Origin: a virus
Taxonomy: Duplodnaviria; Caudoviricetes
Length of the DNA stretch: 29,436 nucleotides
Virus record (IMG/VR): IMGVR_UViG_3300037308_000272
Coordinates: 1 to 29,436 of that record
Strand: one strand, 5' to 3'
Shown here piece after piece: positions 1-8,309 of the stretch. The position numbers and the translations under genes were made by a program. Position 1 is the stretch's first letter; every line of letters starts with the position of its first letter. The notes below the pieces were generated by a model, which was given only the letters and a program-made list of their open reading frames with translations, had not been told where the DNA came from and did no database searches.

Positions 1-379
1 ATAGAGTCGAAGAGGTCGAGCTCGTCGTGGATATCGTGGAGAAGGTCGTAGTGGTGGCGCTGCTCGTCGTGGTCGAGGACGAGGTCGTGGAGGCCGTCGA
101 ACTGGTGGTCGAAACCGTGGAGGCCGTCGAAGTGGTGGTCGAAACCGTGGAGGCCGTGCTTGACGTGGTCGATAGAGTCGAAGAGGTCGAGCTCGTCGTG
201 GATATCGTGGAGAAGGTCGTAGTGGTGGCGCTGCTCGTCGTGGTCGAGGACGTGCTCGTCACTGCAGGCGCCGTTGTAGTCGTGCTGCTGCTGGTCGAAG
301 AGGTCGAGCTTGTCGTGGATATCGTGGAGAAGGTCGTAGTGGTAGTGGTGCTCGTCGTGGTCGTGGTCGACGTCGTGGT
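1..379. repeat. Coding tandem repeats of the mucin-like region (171-bp period with internal 30-bp units)
   Basis: 1..81 recurs at 172..252 and partially at about 294..360. GTGGAGGCCGTCGAA(C/G)TGGTGGTCGAAACC occurs at 87..116 and 117..146. Confidence 0.9.
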
Positions 380-1084
380 GCCGTGCCCAGTCAACTTGAA
401 TGCGGCGACAATGAATACAGATCGGGTGGTCGTCACGGCATCGGCAGAGAAGGTTCCCGTAGCCCCGGCAAATCGCTTGACTGCATCGGCTACAGCCAAC
501 CCCGTGTCAGCACCTGAATTCGACCCACGATCAAAGCGCTCGATCCATGTCCCCGCAGTCGGGTCTGTGGTCGTGTTCGTCGCGCCGGACGCGGTAGAAG
601 GATCCGTTGCGGCGTCGAACAACGACGTCAACGAGTTATCGCCGTGTGCCACCATAGCGACGAGCAACTCGTTTGACTCCGTTGTGGTAATCTCTGTTAG
701 GGTCGGTTCTCCAATCGTTCCTCTGGTAGCTGCACCGCCTGTCTGGTAGGGATCAGTCTGATTGACATTGCGATAGCAGAGCACCGTACCTTGAGCGACA
801 TCTCCGGCTGTCCGGTTGAACTGGAACCCCGGATCGGAACCCCCTCGGATGCAGTAGTACATGACACCGGATGCAATTCCCTGAGTCGCATCCGTGTCAC
901 CGCTATTTTGCTGTGTCGCGACCAACTGCCAGGAGGCGTCGTTCGGTGTAAAAGAGGGCGTGCTGCGATAGGCGATGCAAGCAACCAGCAGATCTCCCTG
1001 CGCTGCGCTCGCCGGAGCGTTCAGGGTCAGGTTTCCGCTGGTTACTTCCGCATAAGTGCTTACGGATATAAAATCCCAAGCCAT
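2..1084 (-). CDS. Putative virion-associated protein with an N-terminal beta-rich domain and a mucin-like Ser/Thr repeat region (3'-truncated; absent from the ORF track)
   Basis: Manual translation from ATG at 1084: MAWDFISVSTYAEVTSGNLTLNAPASAAQGDLLVACIAYRS...AAFKLTGHG, then TTTSTTTTTSTTTTTTFSTISTTSSTSSTSSSTTTTAPAVTSTSS... The frame is open to the window edge and starts 9 nt after the upstream stop codon. Confidence 0.9.
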   Translation of the reverse strand, partial: MAWDFISVSTYAEVTSGNLTLNAPASAAQGDLLVACIAYRSTPSFTPNDASWQLVATQQNSGDTDATQGIASGVMYYCIRGGSDPGFQFNRTAGDVAQGTVLCYRNVNQTDPYQTGGAATRGTIGEPTLTEITTTESNELLVAMVAHGDNSLTSLFDAATDPSTASGATNTTTDPTAGTWIERFDRGSNSGADTGLAVADAVKRFAGATGTFSADAVTTTRSVFIVAAFKLTGHGTTTSTTTTTSTTTTTTFSTISTTSSTSSTSSSTTTTAPAVTSTSSTTTSSATTTTFSTISTTSSTSSTLSTTSSTASTVSTTTSTASTVSTTSSTASTTSSSTTTSSATTTTFSTISTTSSTSSTL

Positions 1085-1093
1085 GAAGGGTCC

Positions 1094-1339
1094 CTATATC
1101 AGCAAGAGCGTTCCCTGAGTGGGAAGGCTCCTTTGAGAGTGTTGAATGATCAGCCTGGACCTGTCCTGGTCGTTCCTGGCCACGATAACGGTGTCTCCGA
1201 CATCGAGGCTCAAGGACGTCTGAATCCAGGCTGTCAAGGTCCCGAGCTGCACCTGGACCGAGCCCCTGGATTCATCCACGGCCATCACGGTTCCATAGGC
1301 GAAGGTGCCCGGCTTCTTCTTGACGATGTCCTCGATCAT
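1094..1339 (-). CDS. Small hypothetical tail-module protein (possible OB-fold)
   Basis: 81 aa. ATGA overlap with the upstream gene. GTVMAVD...VQV...VGDTVIV pattern. Confidence 0.7.
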   Translation of the reverse strand: MIEDIVKKKPGTFAYGTVMAVDESRGSVQVQLGTLTAWIQTSLSLDVGDTVIVARNDQDRSRLIIQHSQRSLPTQGTLLLI

Positions 1340-1917
1340 CGCTTCAGCCCCAGGAATTTTATCGCATCGAGCTCGCTCACCAGGCTGTTGAAAGTCCCGG
1401 CAATCCGGTGCTCGAAAACCTGGCTCAAATCATTTATGCCGCGCCTATCGCTATCCAGCCCGAGGATGTCGCCCGGCTCGATCTGGGGGAGATGACTCCC
1501 AAGCAGCACGGTACGGGTTATCCTGGCATGGGTGTGGGCGTTGATCTCTGCCGTGGCCCTGGCCTCGACGAGCAAGCTGTTGCGATATGCCGAATGAGCG
1601 ATCTCATCCAGATCCACGAACTCCCTTATTCGGAAGATCTTCGTTTCATCGCCGTTCTGTCCGGCCACGACCAGGTGCCAGTCATAGCCTGCCTGAAAAA
1701 TGGAAACAGGCGCTGAAGCGTCCTCCTCGTTGGTCAGCGTCACTTCAAGGCTTGATCCATAGCCCGCCGATTCTCCGCTCGCCTGGAGGTTGGTCTGTGC
1801 CTCGGCATCCGCCTCGGTCAGATACAGCTCGACCAAGACGGCGCTTCCGGTGTCGGCCAGGCGCACGTACCAAACGATGTTCTCGGAGATATTCCAATTG
1901 ATAATTGAAAAGCTCAT
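1336..1917 (-). CDS. Hypothetical tail-module protein
   Basis: 193 aa, acidic, overlapping both neighbours by 4 bp. Confidence 0.75.
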   Translation of the reverse strand: MSFSIINWNISENIVWYVRLADTGSAVLVELYLTEADAEAQTNLQASGESAGYGSSLEVTLTNEEDASAPVSIFQAGYDWHLVVAGQNGDETKIFRIREFVDLDEIAHSAYRNSLLVEARATAEINAHTHARITRTVLLGSHLPQIEPGDILGLDSDRRGINDLSQVFEHRIAGTFNSLVSELDAIKFLGLKR

Positions 1918-3428
1918 GATGAAACCTCATGCACCACTGCCGAGACCTTCTGGGCCGTGACGCTTTTGAATACCGGGACATCTGCGACGGCCCGCAAAAA
2001 TAGCCCGAGATCCCGTTCCACCGTGCCGTCACTTACATAAAGGAGACATCCAAGATTGCCGAAGACCGTGCCGTCCGTGGCCTCAAAACAGGACGCGAGA
2101 TCCTTCAGGTTGTTCCAGCCGGCCTGGAGCAGAATTGACAACGACGACAGATCCTGCCCAACCGTCTCAAGGATTCCTCCCAAATCCTGCAAAATGATGT
2201 AGCTGACCGTCTCAAGAATCGATTTCAAATTGCGGTATTCGATGCCGTCGTGGGCGCGAAGAAACGAACCAAGATCGTCTTGGGCGTAGGCGGATGCGGA
2301 CAGATCGAGGGAGAGATCCTCAATTTTAACCGAGACCTCCTCTTCGCTTCCAAACGTAATGAGACCGTCGAAGAGCGAATAATAGGTTGCCTTCCTCCAG
2401 GCCGTCGGCCTGTAGGATTGAGAGATTCGTACCTCATCGATGATCATATTCATCGATCTGAATGAGGATGTATACGTGAAGGCCCCTAATCCTATGGGGT
2501 CTGCCGGGGTCGTGTCTGTATAGGCGCCCCTGGATGAAGTATTAGAGCCGGGCTCATTGGCGTCTAAACTCAGTTTTTGCACATCGGATGCGCTGTCGTT
2601 CGCTCCAGCGAGATAGTGCCAGGCAGTTTTCGATACCGTTCCCCCTGATGTTGCACCGAACGATGACCCTGTTTCAGTATCCCGGACATAAAAGGCCACG
2701 TTGTCATCCGTGAGCCAAAATATTGCCTGGCGACTGTATCCGGCTGTGTTCGTGGATTCGTAAACGATGGCGGCATTGGAGGCCGGCGTGCCTCGAACGT
2801 ATCCAAGAGCCTCAACGGTTCCCGCTGCATCGCCTTTGCAGCTCGCTCCCGCCGGGAGTTCGATGCAATCATTAGAACCATCGAGGTCGTAGCCCTTGCC
2901 GACCTTTGCATTCACCAGGTCATCGGAAGTCATCGAACCCTGCGAGGTGCCGTGATTTGCGTTCGAGGTCGAATCCTTCACGGCTCCCGAGCCACCGGAG
3001 GGATCCTGGGCGCAATGGTAGACCGCGACGAAATTGGTGTCCCAGACCGCTTGGGCGACGGCGCTTAGGGTATCCCCGACGTGGGCGGTGTTGTCAGCTG
3101 CGGATGCGTCATAGTAGAGGTAGAGCGTCGTGTCCGCGTCGGCCGCCACGGAGGGCACCTTGACGTGGAGCCAGGCCTGTTCGTTGGCGTCATCCCAGAG
3201 CTCGATTTCGACGGTGCATTCGGTCGTGCCGTCGTCCGTGGTGACCGCGATCTTCTTCCTGTTTCCGTCCGATCCGAGTTCGTCGAAGACGGCGCTTACA
3301 TCAGCCGACGTGATCCCGGAACTCACGGACAGGTGGATCATGACCGGGAAATCGCTCAGCGCGGAATCGACCTTTGTTTGGTCTATGGTGAGCGCTATTC
3401 GTTTGGCGTATCCTTCAAGCCAGCCCAT
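1914..3428 (-). CDS. DUF2341 plus LamG/concanavalin-A-like domain protein (putative tail adhesin or receptor-binding protein)
   Basis: GWLEGYAKRIALTIDQTKVDSALSDFPV...EIELWD...AWLHVKVP...LYLYY (DUF2341-like), followed by DSTSNANHGT...WHYLAG...IDEVRIS (LamG-like). Confidence 0.8.
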   Translation of the reverse strand: MGWLEGYAKRIALTIDQTKVDSALSDFPVMIHLSVSSGITSADVSAVFDELGSDGNRKKIAVTTDDGTTECTVEIELWDDANEQAWLHVKVPSVAADADTTLYLYYDASAADNTAHVGDTLSAVAQAVWDTNFVAVYHCAQDPSGGSGAVKDSTSNANHGTSQGSMTSDDLVNAKVGKGYDLDGSNDCIELPAGASCKGDAAGTVEALGYVRGTPASNAAIVYESTNTAGYSRQAIFWLTDDNVAFYVRDTETGSSFGATSGGTVSKTAWHYLAGANDSASDVQKLSLDANEPGSNTSSRGAYTDTTPADPIGLGAFTYTSSFRSMNMIIDEVRISQSYRPTAWRKATYYSLFDGLITFGSEEEVSVKIEDLSLDLSASAYAQDDLGSFLRAHDGIEYRNLKSILETVSYIILQDLGGILETVGQDLSSLSILLQAGWNNLKDLASCFEATDGTVFGNLGCLLYVSDGTVERDLGLFLRAVADVPVFKSVTAQKVSAVVHEVSS

Positions 3429-3435
3429 CAGTTCT

Positions 3436-3885
3436 TCATCCTTCAGCCTTCAGCCTTGATACGGCCTGCTCCCCTATCGCCCCCGGTTTCCAGCCCCTGG
3501 TCGGACCCCCGCCCCATTCCTGGCCGAACGGCTTTCGGTCATGGATCACCTTGCCGTCGCCGATCCGCCACATTTCCACGATGTCCTTCCCTGGCAGCTT
3601 GCCGCAGAGCCAGAAGGCCTTGATCTTGGCGCCGCCCTTGCTGCGCGTGGAGTGTGTGGCTTCGACAAAGAAATTGTACTGCGCCATGCCGGAGAGCACG
3701 ATCCTGTGGCCGGTGGGCAGAATGAACTCCAGACTCTCGATTTCCCGGTTGAAGCTCTCGCTCGCCCAACCAGGGTCCCTGCGTCGCACGTCTGGCGTGA
3801 GATACTCCTTTGGAGGAAGCTTCCCGGCGAAGACCGCGCGCATGCGCCAGGCGAGACCCTGTTGTGGAATAAGGATCGTGTTCAT
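3436..3885 (-). CDS. Hypothetical protein
   Basis: 149 aa, abuts the upstream stop codon. Confidence 0.7.
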   Translation of the reverse strand: MNTILIPQQGLAWRMRAVFAGKLPPKEYLTPDVRRRDPGWASESFNREIESLEFILPTGHRIVLSGMAQYNFFVEATHSTRSKGGAKIKAFWLCGKLPGKDIVEMWRIGDGKVIHDRKPFGQEWGGGPTRGWKPGAIGEQAVSRLKAEG

Positions 3886-4542
3886 CTACGAATACAAAAA
3901 TCTCAGAGTCAGCACGATGTCGCTGTCGCTCTGCGGGGTAAATGTGCTCGGGATCACCTGTTTGATGTTGAAGTACACATTCATGGCCCCGGAAAGCGGC
4001 GCCGTGTCGAGAGAGATCCTGCTGTCCGTGCCCGAGAGCGGCGTTCCGGACCAGGTGGCAGATCCGGGTAGACCGTTGGTCGTCGTGATCGCCTTGAGCG
4101 TGGAGTTCGCGGGCGTGCCGTCGCCCAGGAACTCATCGTCGGCCGCTGCATGGGTATCGTCGTTCCACGCCTCCAGGTAGGGAATTCCAGCGGTCGCGCC
4201 GTCGAAGTAGATGGCAAAGACATACCGCGTATTGCCTCCGCTCTGCTCTCCGTCCGTCGTGCCTGCCAGCGGAACCTGGTCAAAGATGCTTGCCGAATAA
4301 TCGTCGACAAACGTCTTTGGCGCTTCGAGGGAACCAGCTTCCGGGATAATAACCGGGTACTTTGTGCCGGTTCGAGAGTCGCCGTCTGTCTGCTGATCGT
4401 CCAAAAAGAGGATCGAATCATTGGTCAGGTCGATCACGACCCAGTTGGACGACGAGCCTCCAGCCCCGCCCGTGGCGTTGCCTGTATTCGCGCCGTCGTT
4501 TGCCGTGTTGTTGTAAAGCCAGTACGTGTTGGGTAAGCTCAT
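3886..4542 (-). CDS. Putative virion structural protein
   Basis: 218 aa, Thr/Gly/Asp-rich beta composition, strong AAGGAGG RBS. Confidence 0.75.
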   Translation of the reverse strand: MSLPNTYWLYNNTANDGANTGNATGGAGGSSSNWVVIDLTNDSILFLDDQQTDGDSRTGTKYPVIIPEAGSLEAPKTFVDDYSASIFDQVPLAGTTDGEQSGGNTRYVFAIYFDGATAGIPYLEAWNDDTHAAADDEFLGDGTPANSTLKAITTTNGLPGSATWSGTPLSGTDSRISLDTAPLSGAMNVYFNIKQVIPSTFTPQSDSDIVLTLRFLYS

Positions 4543-4611
4543 TTCCGTGACTCCTCCTTGTCACCAAAGAAATCCGTGTTCTTCGGCCAGCCTGGCCTTC
4601 AATGCCCTAGG

Positions 4612-4938
4612 TCAGGGTTTCTTGCGGCCGTATTCCTCGCTCTCAAGTCGCTTTGTTCTCCATGCCCTGTACTCCGCTCGCTGGCGCCCCGAAAGTTTCG
4701 TGATCCATTGCTTCCTCTGCTTCGCCCTTGCCGGAGGAGGCCACAATCCGGAACCGATGAACGAAAGCGGGGGTTTGAACGCACCGGCCGCCTTCAGCGA
4801 ACCTGCCGCGATCTCCCGGCCCCTCCTTGTAATTTCCTCCCGCAGGGCCTCGGCCGTGATGCCCTGGCCGGCCATGATGGCGTTGATCTGTAAAGCCGCC
4901 TGGAGATCCCTGAGAGTGAAGGCATCGAGCGCTTTCAT
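4612..4938 (-). CDS. Hypothetical basic protein (may extend through TGA to 4561)
   Basis: 108 aa, abuts the stop codon of the tail-tip gene. Confidence 0.6.
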   Translation of the reverse strand: MKALDAFTLRDLQAALQINAIMAGQGITAEALREEITRRGREIAAGSLKAAGAFKPPLSFIGSGLWPPPARAKQRKQWITKLSGRQRAEYRAWRTKRLESEEYGRKKP

Positions 4939-7803
4939 CTAGCACCCCCAGAGATACCGAATCGCGTTTCCGGTCACAACCCACACATTGCCCCAGCAAG
5001 GCGCCCCTTCGCAGCCGTCTGGTTCAAGTTCCACGCACTCACTTCCCCACAATGCGGAAGCGCAACTGATGGCGCTGCCGCATGGCGGGTAATTTTCCGG
5101 CGTCACAGGAACGCTGTCTTTTTCCCAATAAAAAGCGTCGCAAGGATAGCCCCCGCTGACACAGGAGCAGTTATATGGCGTTAATATCCAGCGGTATTCC
5201 CCGTCATCCAAGGTCTTTTCGGTATAGTCAGAAGGCCTGCAGTAATTGCCGGCGTTCGTGCAATAGTTTTCTGAACGATCTTTGTAAACCGTATAATATT
5301 CAGCGTCTAGAATCCATTGTCCGGCCGTGTTCCGGATCGTGCCGGTCACCGCACCGCCGCACGAATCGGTCACGGTCACCTTGGCGAAGGCATCGAAATT
5401 CACGCCGCAGGTCCCGGCGGCGCAGTTGAGCTGGTTGCTGCGGCCCTCAGTCTGTGTCTGGCCGATGCTATAGCCGGTACCGGAAACGGCCCAGGTAAAG
5501 GGTGGGCAACCGTAGAGCACATAGACCGAGATCGATCCGCCAGGCAGAATGGTGTCCGGGGTAGACTCATCGTCCCATTGCAGGGCCTGGTTTTCACACG
5601 CCTCGACGCAGGCGTCCAAGGCCTCCTGCTTGAGCTCCTCGAACTTCTCGAAGTACTCCGGAGTCCCCTCCTCGTAATCGTAGTCTTCCACAACGATCTC
5701 GCTTATGGTCCGGTAGCTCGCGCCGTCGTAGTCCTGGATCGTGTCGAAGACGCTGAACTCGTTGTTGCATATGAGCTCGCAGGAACACTCCTGGCTGAGA
5801 GCGTCGGTAAAGCGGGCGTTCAAAGCCGTCTCGCTCGGGTCGGCCGAGACATTTTTCGGAAAACACGGGTCCATCGATGAGGTCGTGCATTCGGCTTCTG
5901 GAAAGCACCCGAAAAGCTGCCCGCTCCAGCAGCATCGCTCCCCGGAGCCGCATCGCTTGACCGTGCCGCCGCTCTCATGGCATTCGGCATCCGCTTTCTC
6001 GTCGAACTCGCCGTCTGTTCCGCCGACTCCGCCGTAATCGTCTTCGTCGCCTTCCCAGTCCTCCGGTAGGTCCTCTATGGATTCATTCACGTCCATCACG
6101 GATATCGTGGTGGAGGCCTCGGTGCCCTCCTCCCTGGTCGTGAAGATCTCCGCCGCGATTCGGGCATTGCCCACGCTCTCCCCGGTAAAGCGATTGAGGG
6201 CCGCGCCGCTGGCCGTGTAATTCACGAGCAGCTTCAAGCCGGTTGCGATCTGCAGGGTGAGGTCCACCGTCTTCCCGTTGTGGGAGGCATACAGATCGGC
6301 GCCAACGGGCTCGCCCTCTTCGTCGGCCTGGTAAACACTATCGACCGAGTCAGGGAACATGGAGATCTCGCACTGGGTAGTGCCGCTCACCTCGTTCCGG
6401 GCCGTGGCCTCCTCGTTTGCTATCGCGACCTTCCCGAGACGGGCAACCTTCCATTCGAGCGACCCTCTTTCGACCGTGCTCTGATCCCACATGAAGACGG
6501 TCCTGCCCGACGTTGCAGGACCGCTCTCCTCGACGTAGACCAGGAGGCTGGCCACCTCTCCCACATGAATGGAAGAGGGGCTGGCCTTGAGGGTGATCGT
6601 GGGCGGGCACTGACAAGGGTTGTCGATGTAGACGACGCCTGAATCGCTCTGGCCTTCAATATCGGCCGTGATGGTTGCGGTCTCGGCCGTAGTGCCCGCG
6701 ACAAGAAAATTTATCGCAATGCCCTCGGAGACATAGTCGATAATCAGCAGTTGATCGCAATAGGCCAGCGATTCCGTGAGGGTGATGGTGTTTCCAGAAA
6801 TCGTGTATCCGGCATCCGCCAGGTTGTTGGCTCTAGCGCGGTCGGAATAGGAGTAGAGGCCATACACGCTGCTGGGTGGGAAATCGACATCGACATCATG
6901 ATAGTTCGTCGCCCGCTGCACTTCGCGCTCGATCACGATCTCCTGCGTGTTGCTCGTGGGGGTGGTAAGAGCCGCATCCTCCGCGTCAGTCGACCAGGAC
7001 ACGCAAAGGCCATTCACGGGCAAGCTGTCTGCGTCCTTTACCTGCGCCATCAGCTTTGACCGCGCCTCGCCGTCCGCAGGAAGACATTGCGATAAAACAG
7101 AAAGGGCCACGGAATATCCCGCCAGGGATCCTGATGGCGTGATCCGGACGCGATTGCCGAAGGTGGGCCACTCCGGGGATTCGGAAATCTCCTGGATCTC
7201 TGCGTCCGTCACCGTCGCGTCTGCTGCGCTCGGAGAGTAGTCGATCCGCTTGATGCAGACATGATCATTCCTGTCCGTGGTGACCAGGGCGCCGGCCAGG
7301 GCCGCTAACTGGGTGATGACCTCTATCGGGTAAATGGCGTCCACCTGGAAGCTGTAGGCATGGATCACGAAATCGTCGATTTCGCTGTAAGTCTCGTCCC
7401 AGGTGAGCCCTGCGAGATCGCACATCTCCTCGCAGATGGCGAAGAAGGTGGTCTTTTCTTCCCATATCTTGGCCACCTTCGGGGCGAAGGGCTCGCCCAG
7501 GGCCGCCGTCTTGGAGCGGCCCCAGACCCCCTGCAGAATCTCTGACTGGCTGGAGGAGGAAAGGGCAGGCCGTTCCAGGTAAAACGATCCCTGGCTCACG
7601 AAGGAGGTTCCGATTCTGGTAAGAATTTCGATCTGCGGCGTCTCCGGGAGGAGTGAGAAATCGAGGCTGTCGTAGAAGTCCTTGTCTACGATGTCGAGCG
7701 ACATCTCCCGGAAGGGGCTCTCCAGCGAGGCGGTGATCGAGAATCGGCCGACCTTGTCGGAAATGTCATCGCCCTCGAACGTTATTTTCCAGCCGTAGCT
7801 CAT
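4939..7803 (-). CDS. Tail tip/baseplate hub-like protein with Ig-like segments and a Cys-rich C-terminal region
   Basis: 954 aa, second gene after the tape measure. Hub-like N-terminus, Big-like motif (LPADGEARSKLMAQVKDA...VSW), about 27 Cys in the last ~350 aa. Confidence 0.65.
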   Translation of the reverse strand: MSYGWKITFEGDDISDKVGRFSITASLESPFREMSLDIVDKDFYDSLDFSLLPETPQIEILTRIGTSFVSQGSFYLERPALSSSSQSEILQGVWGRSKTAALGEPFAPKVAKIWEEKTTFFAICEEMCDLAGLTWDETYSEIDDFVIHAYSFQVDAIYPIEVITQLAALAGALVTTDRNDHVCIKRIDYSPSAADATVTDAEIQEISESPEWPTFGNRVRITPSGSLAGYSVALSVLSQCLPADGEARSKLMAQVKDADSLPVNGLCVSWSTDAEDAALTTPTSNTQEIVIEREVQRATNYHDVDVDFPPSSVYGLYSYSDRARANNLADAGYTISGNTITLTESLAYCDQLLIIDYVSEGIAINFLVAGTTAETATITADIEGQSDSGVVYIDNPCQCPPTITLKASPSSIHVGEVASLLVYVEESGPATSGRTVFMWDQSTVERGSLEWKVARLGKVAIANEEATARNEVSGTTQCEISMFPDSVDSVYQADEEGEPVGADLYASHNGKTVDLTLQIATGLKLLVNYTASGAALNRFTGESVGNARIAAEIFTTREEGTEASTTISVMDVNESIEDLPEDWEGDEDDYGGVGGTDGEFDEKADAECHESGGTVKRCGSGERCCWSGQLFGCFPEAECTTSSMDPCFPKNVSADPSETALNARFTDALSQECSCELICNNEFSVFDTIQDYDGASYRTISEIVVEDYDYEEGTPEYFEKFEELKQEALDACVEACENQALQWDDESTPDTILPGGSISVYVLYGCPPFTWAVSGTGYSIGQTQTEGRSNQLNCAAGTCGVNFDAFAKVTVTDSCGGAVTGTIRNTAGQWILDAEYYTVYKDRSENYCTNAGNYCRPSDYTEKTLDDGEYRWILTPYNCSCVSGGYPCDAFYWEKDSVPVTPENYPPCGSAISCASALWGSECVELEPDGCEGAPCWGNVWVVTGNAIRYLWGC

Positions 7804-8306
7804 CAGGGTCCGCTCACGGTTTCCAGGGAAAGACCGCAGTCCCCGGTTTCTGTTTCGACCTTGCTTACAACGACCAGGTTGATCTCATAGCTCCAGGCAT
7901 CCTCTCCGTGCGCGGCCCAGAGAAGATCGCGGCGGTACTTGAACCCGTTCGGCCTCGCGAATCGCACGAGCCAGATGTCATAGCCGTCCGTGAAATAGTA
8001 CTCGCCGTCTACCGCATCGTGAAGAATCTTCAGCGCGGCTACAGTGGCTGAAGAAAGCCCTACCGAATCATAAGCGGCATCGGAAAACGACAGGCGCAGG
8101 TCCTCATTGAAAACACCGAAATCCTGGACTACAGCGCCTCCCAGGGTAGGGAACACCGCGCCCCGTCCCACCTCTCCGGAGGCCAGGTCATAGGCGCCGA
8201 AAAGGGGAGGCTGATCCAGAACTACGAGAGAGGATGGCGCAGGATCAGCAGTGGCCGGATCGGTCGTAGCGGCGATCTCTTTGGAATAGAACGCAAAATC
8301 AGGCAC
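7803..8306 (-). CDS. Putative distal tail (Dit-like) protein
   Basis: 167 aa directly after the tape measure; call is by position. Confidence 0.55.
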   Translation of the reverse strand: MPDFAFYSKEIAATTDPATADPAPSSLVVLDQPPLFGAYDLASGEVGRGAVFPTLGGAVVQDFGVFNEDLRLSFSDAAYDSVGLSSATVAALKILHDAVDGEYYFTDGYDIWLVRFARPNGFKYRRDLLWAAHGEDAWSYEINLVVVSKVETETGDCGLSLETVSGP

Positions 8307-8309
8307 GAT

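Noticed and set aside
27-749. 240-aa Val/Glu-rich plus-strand ORF
   Set aside because: Antisense shadow of the Thr/Ser-rich minus-strand gene, which has a proper start and operon context.
4939-5330. Diversity-generating retroelement variable region in the tail tip
   Set aside because: No template repeat or reverse transcriptase is visible in the window.
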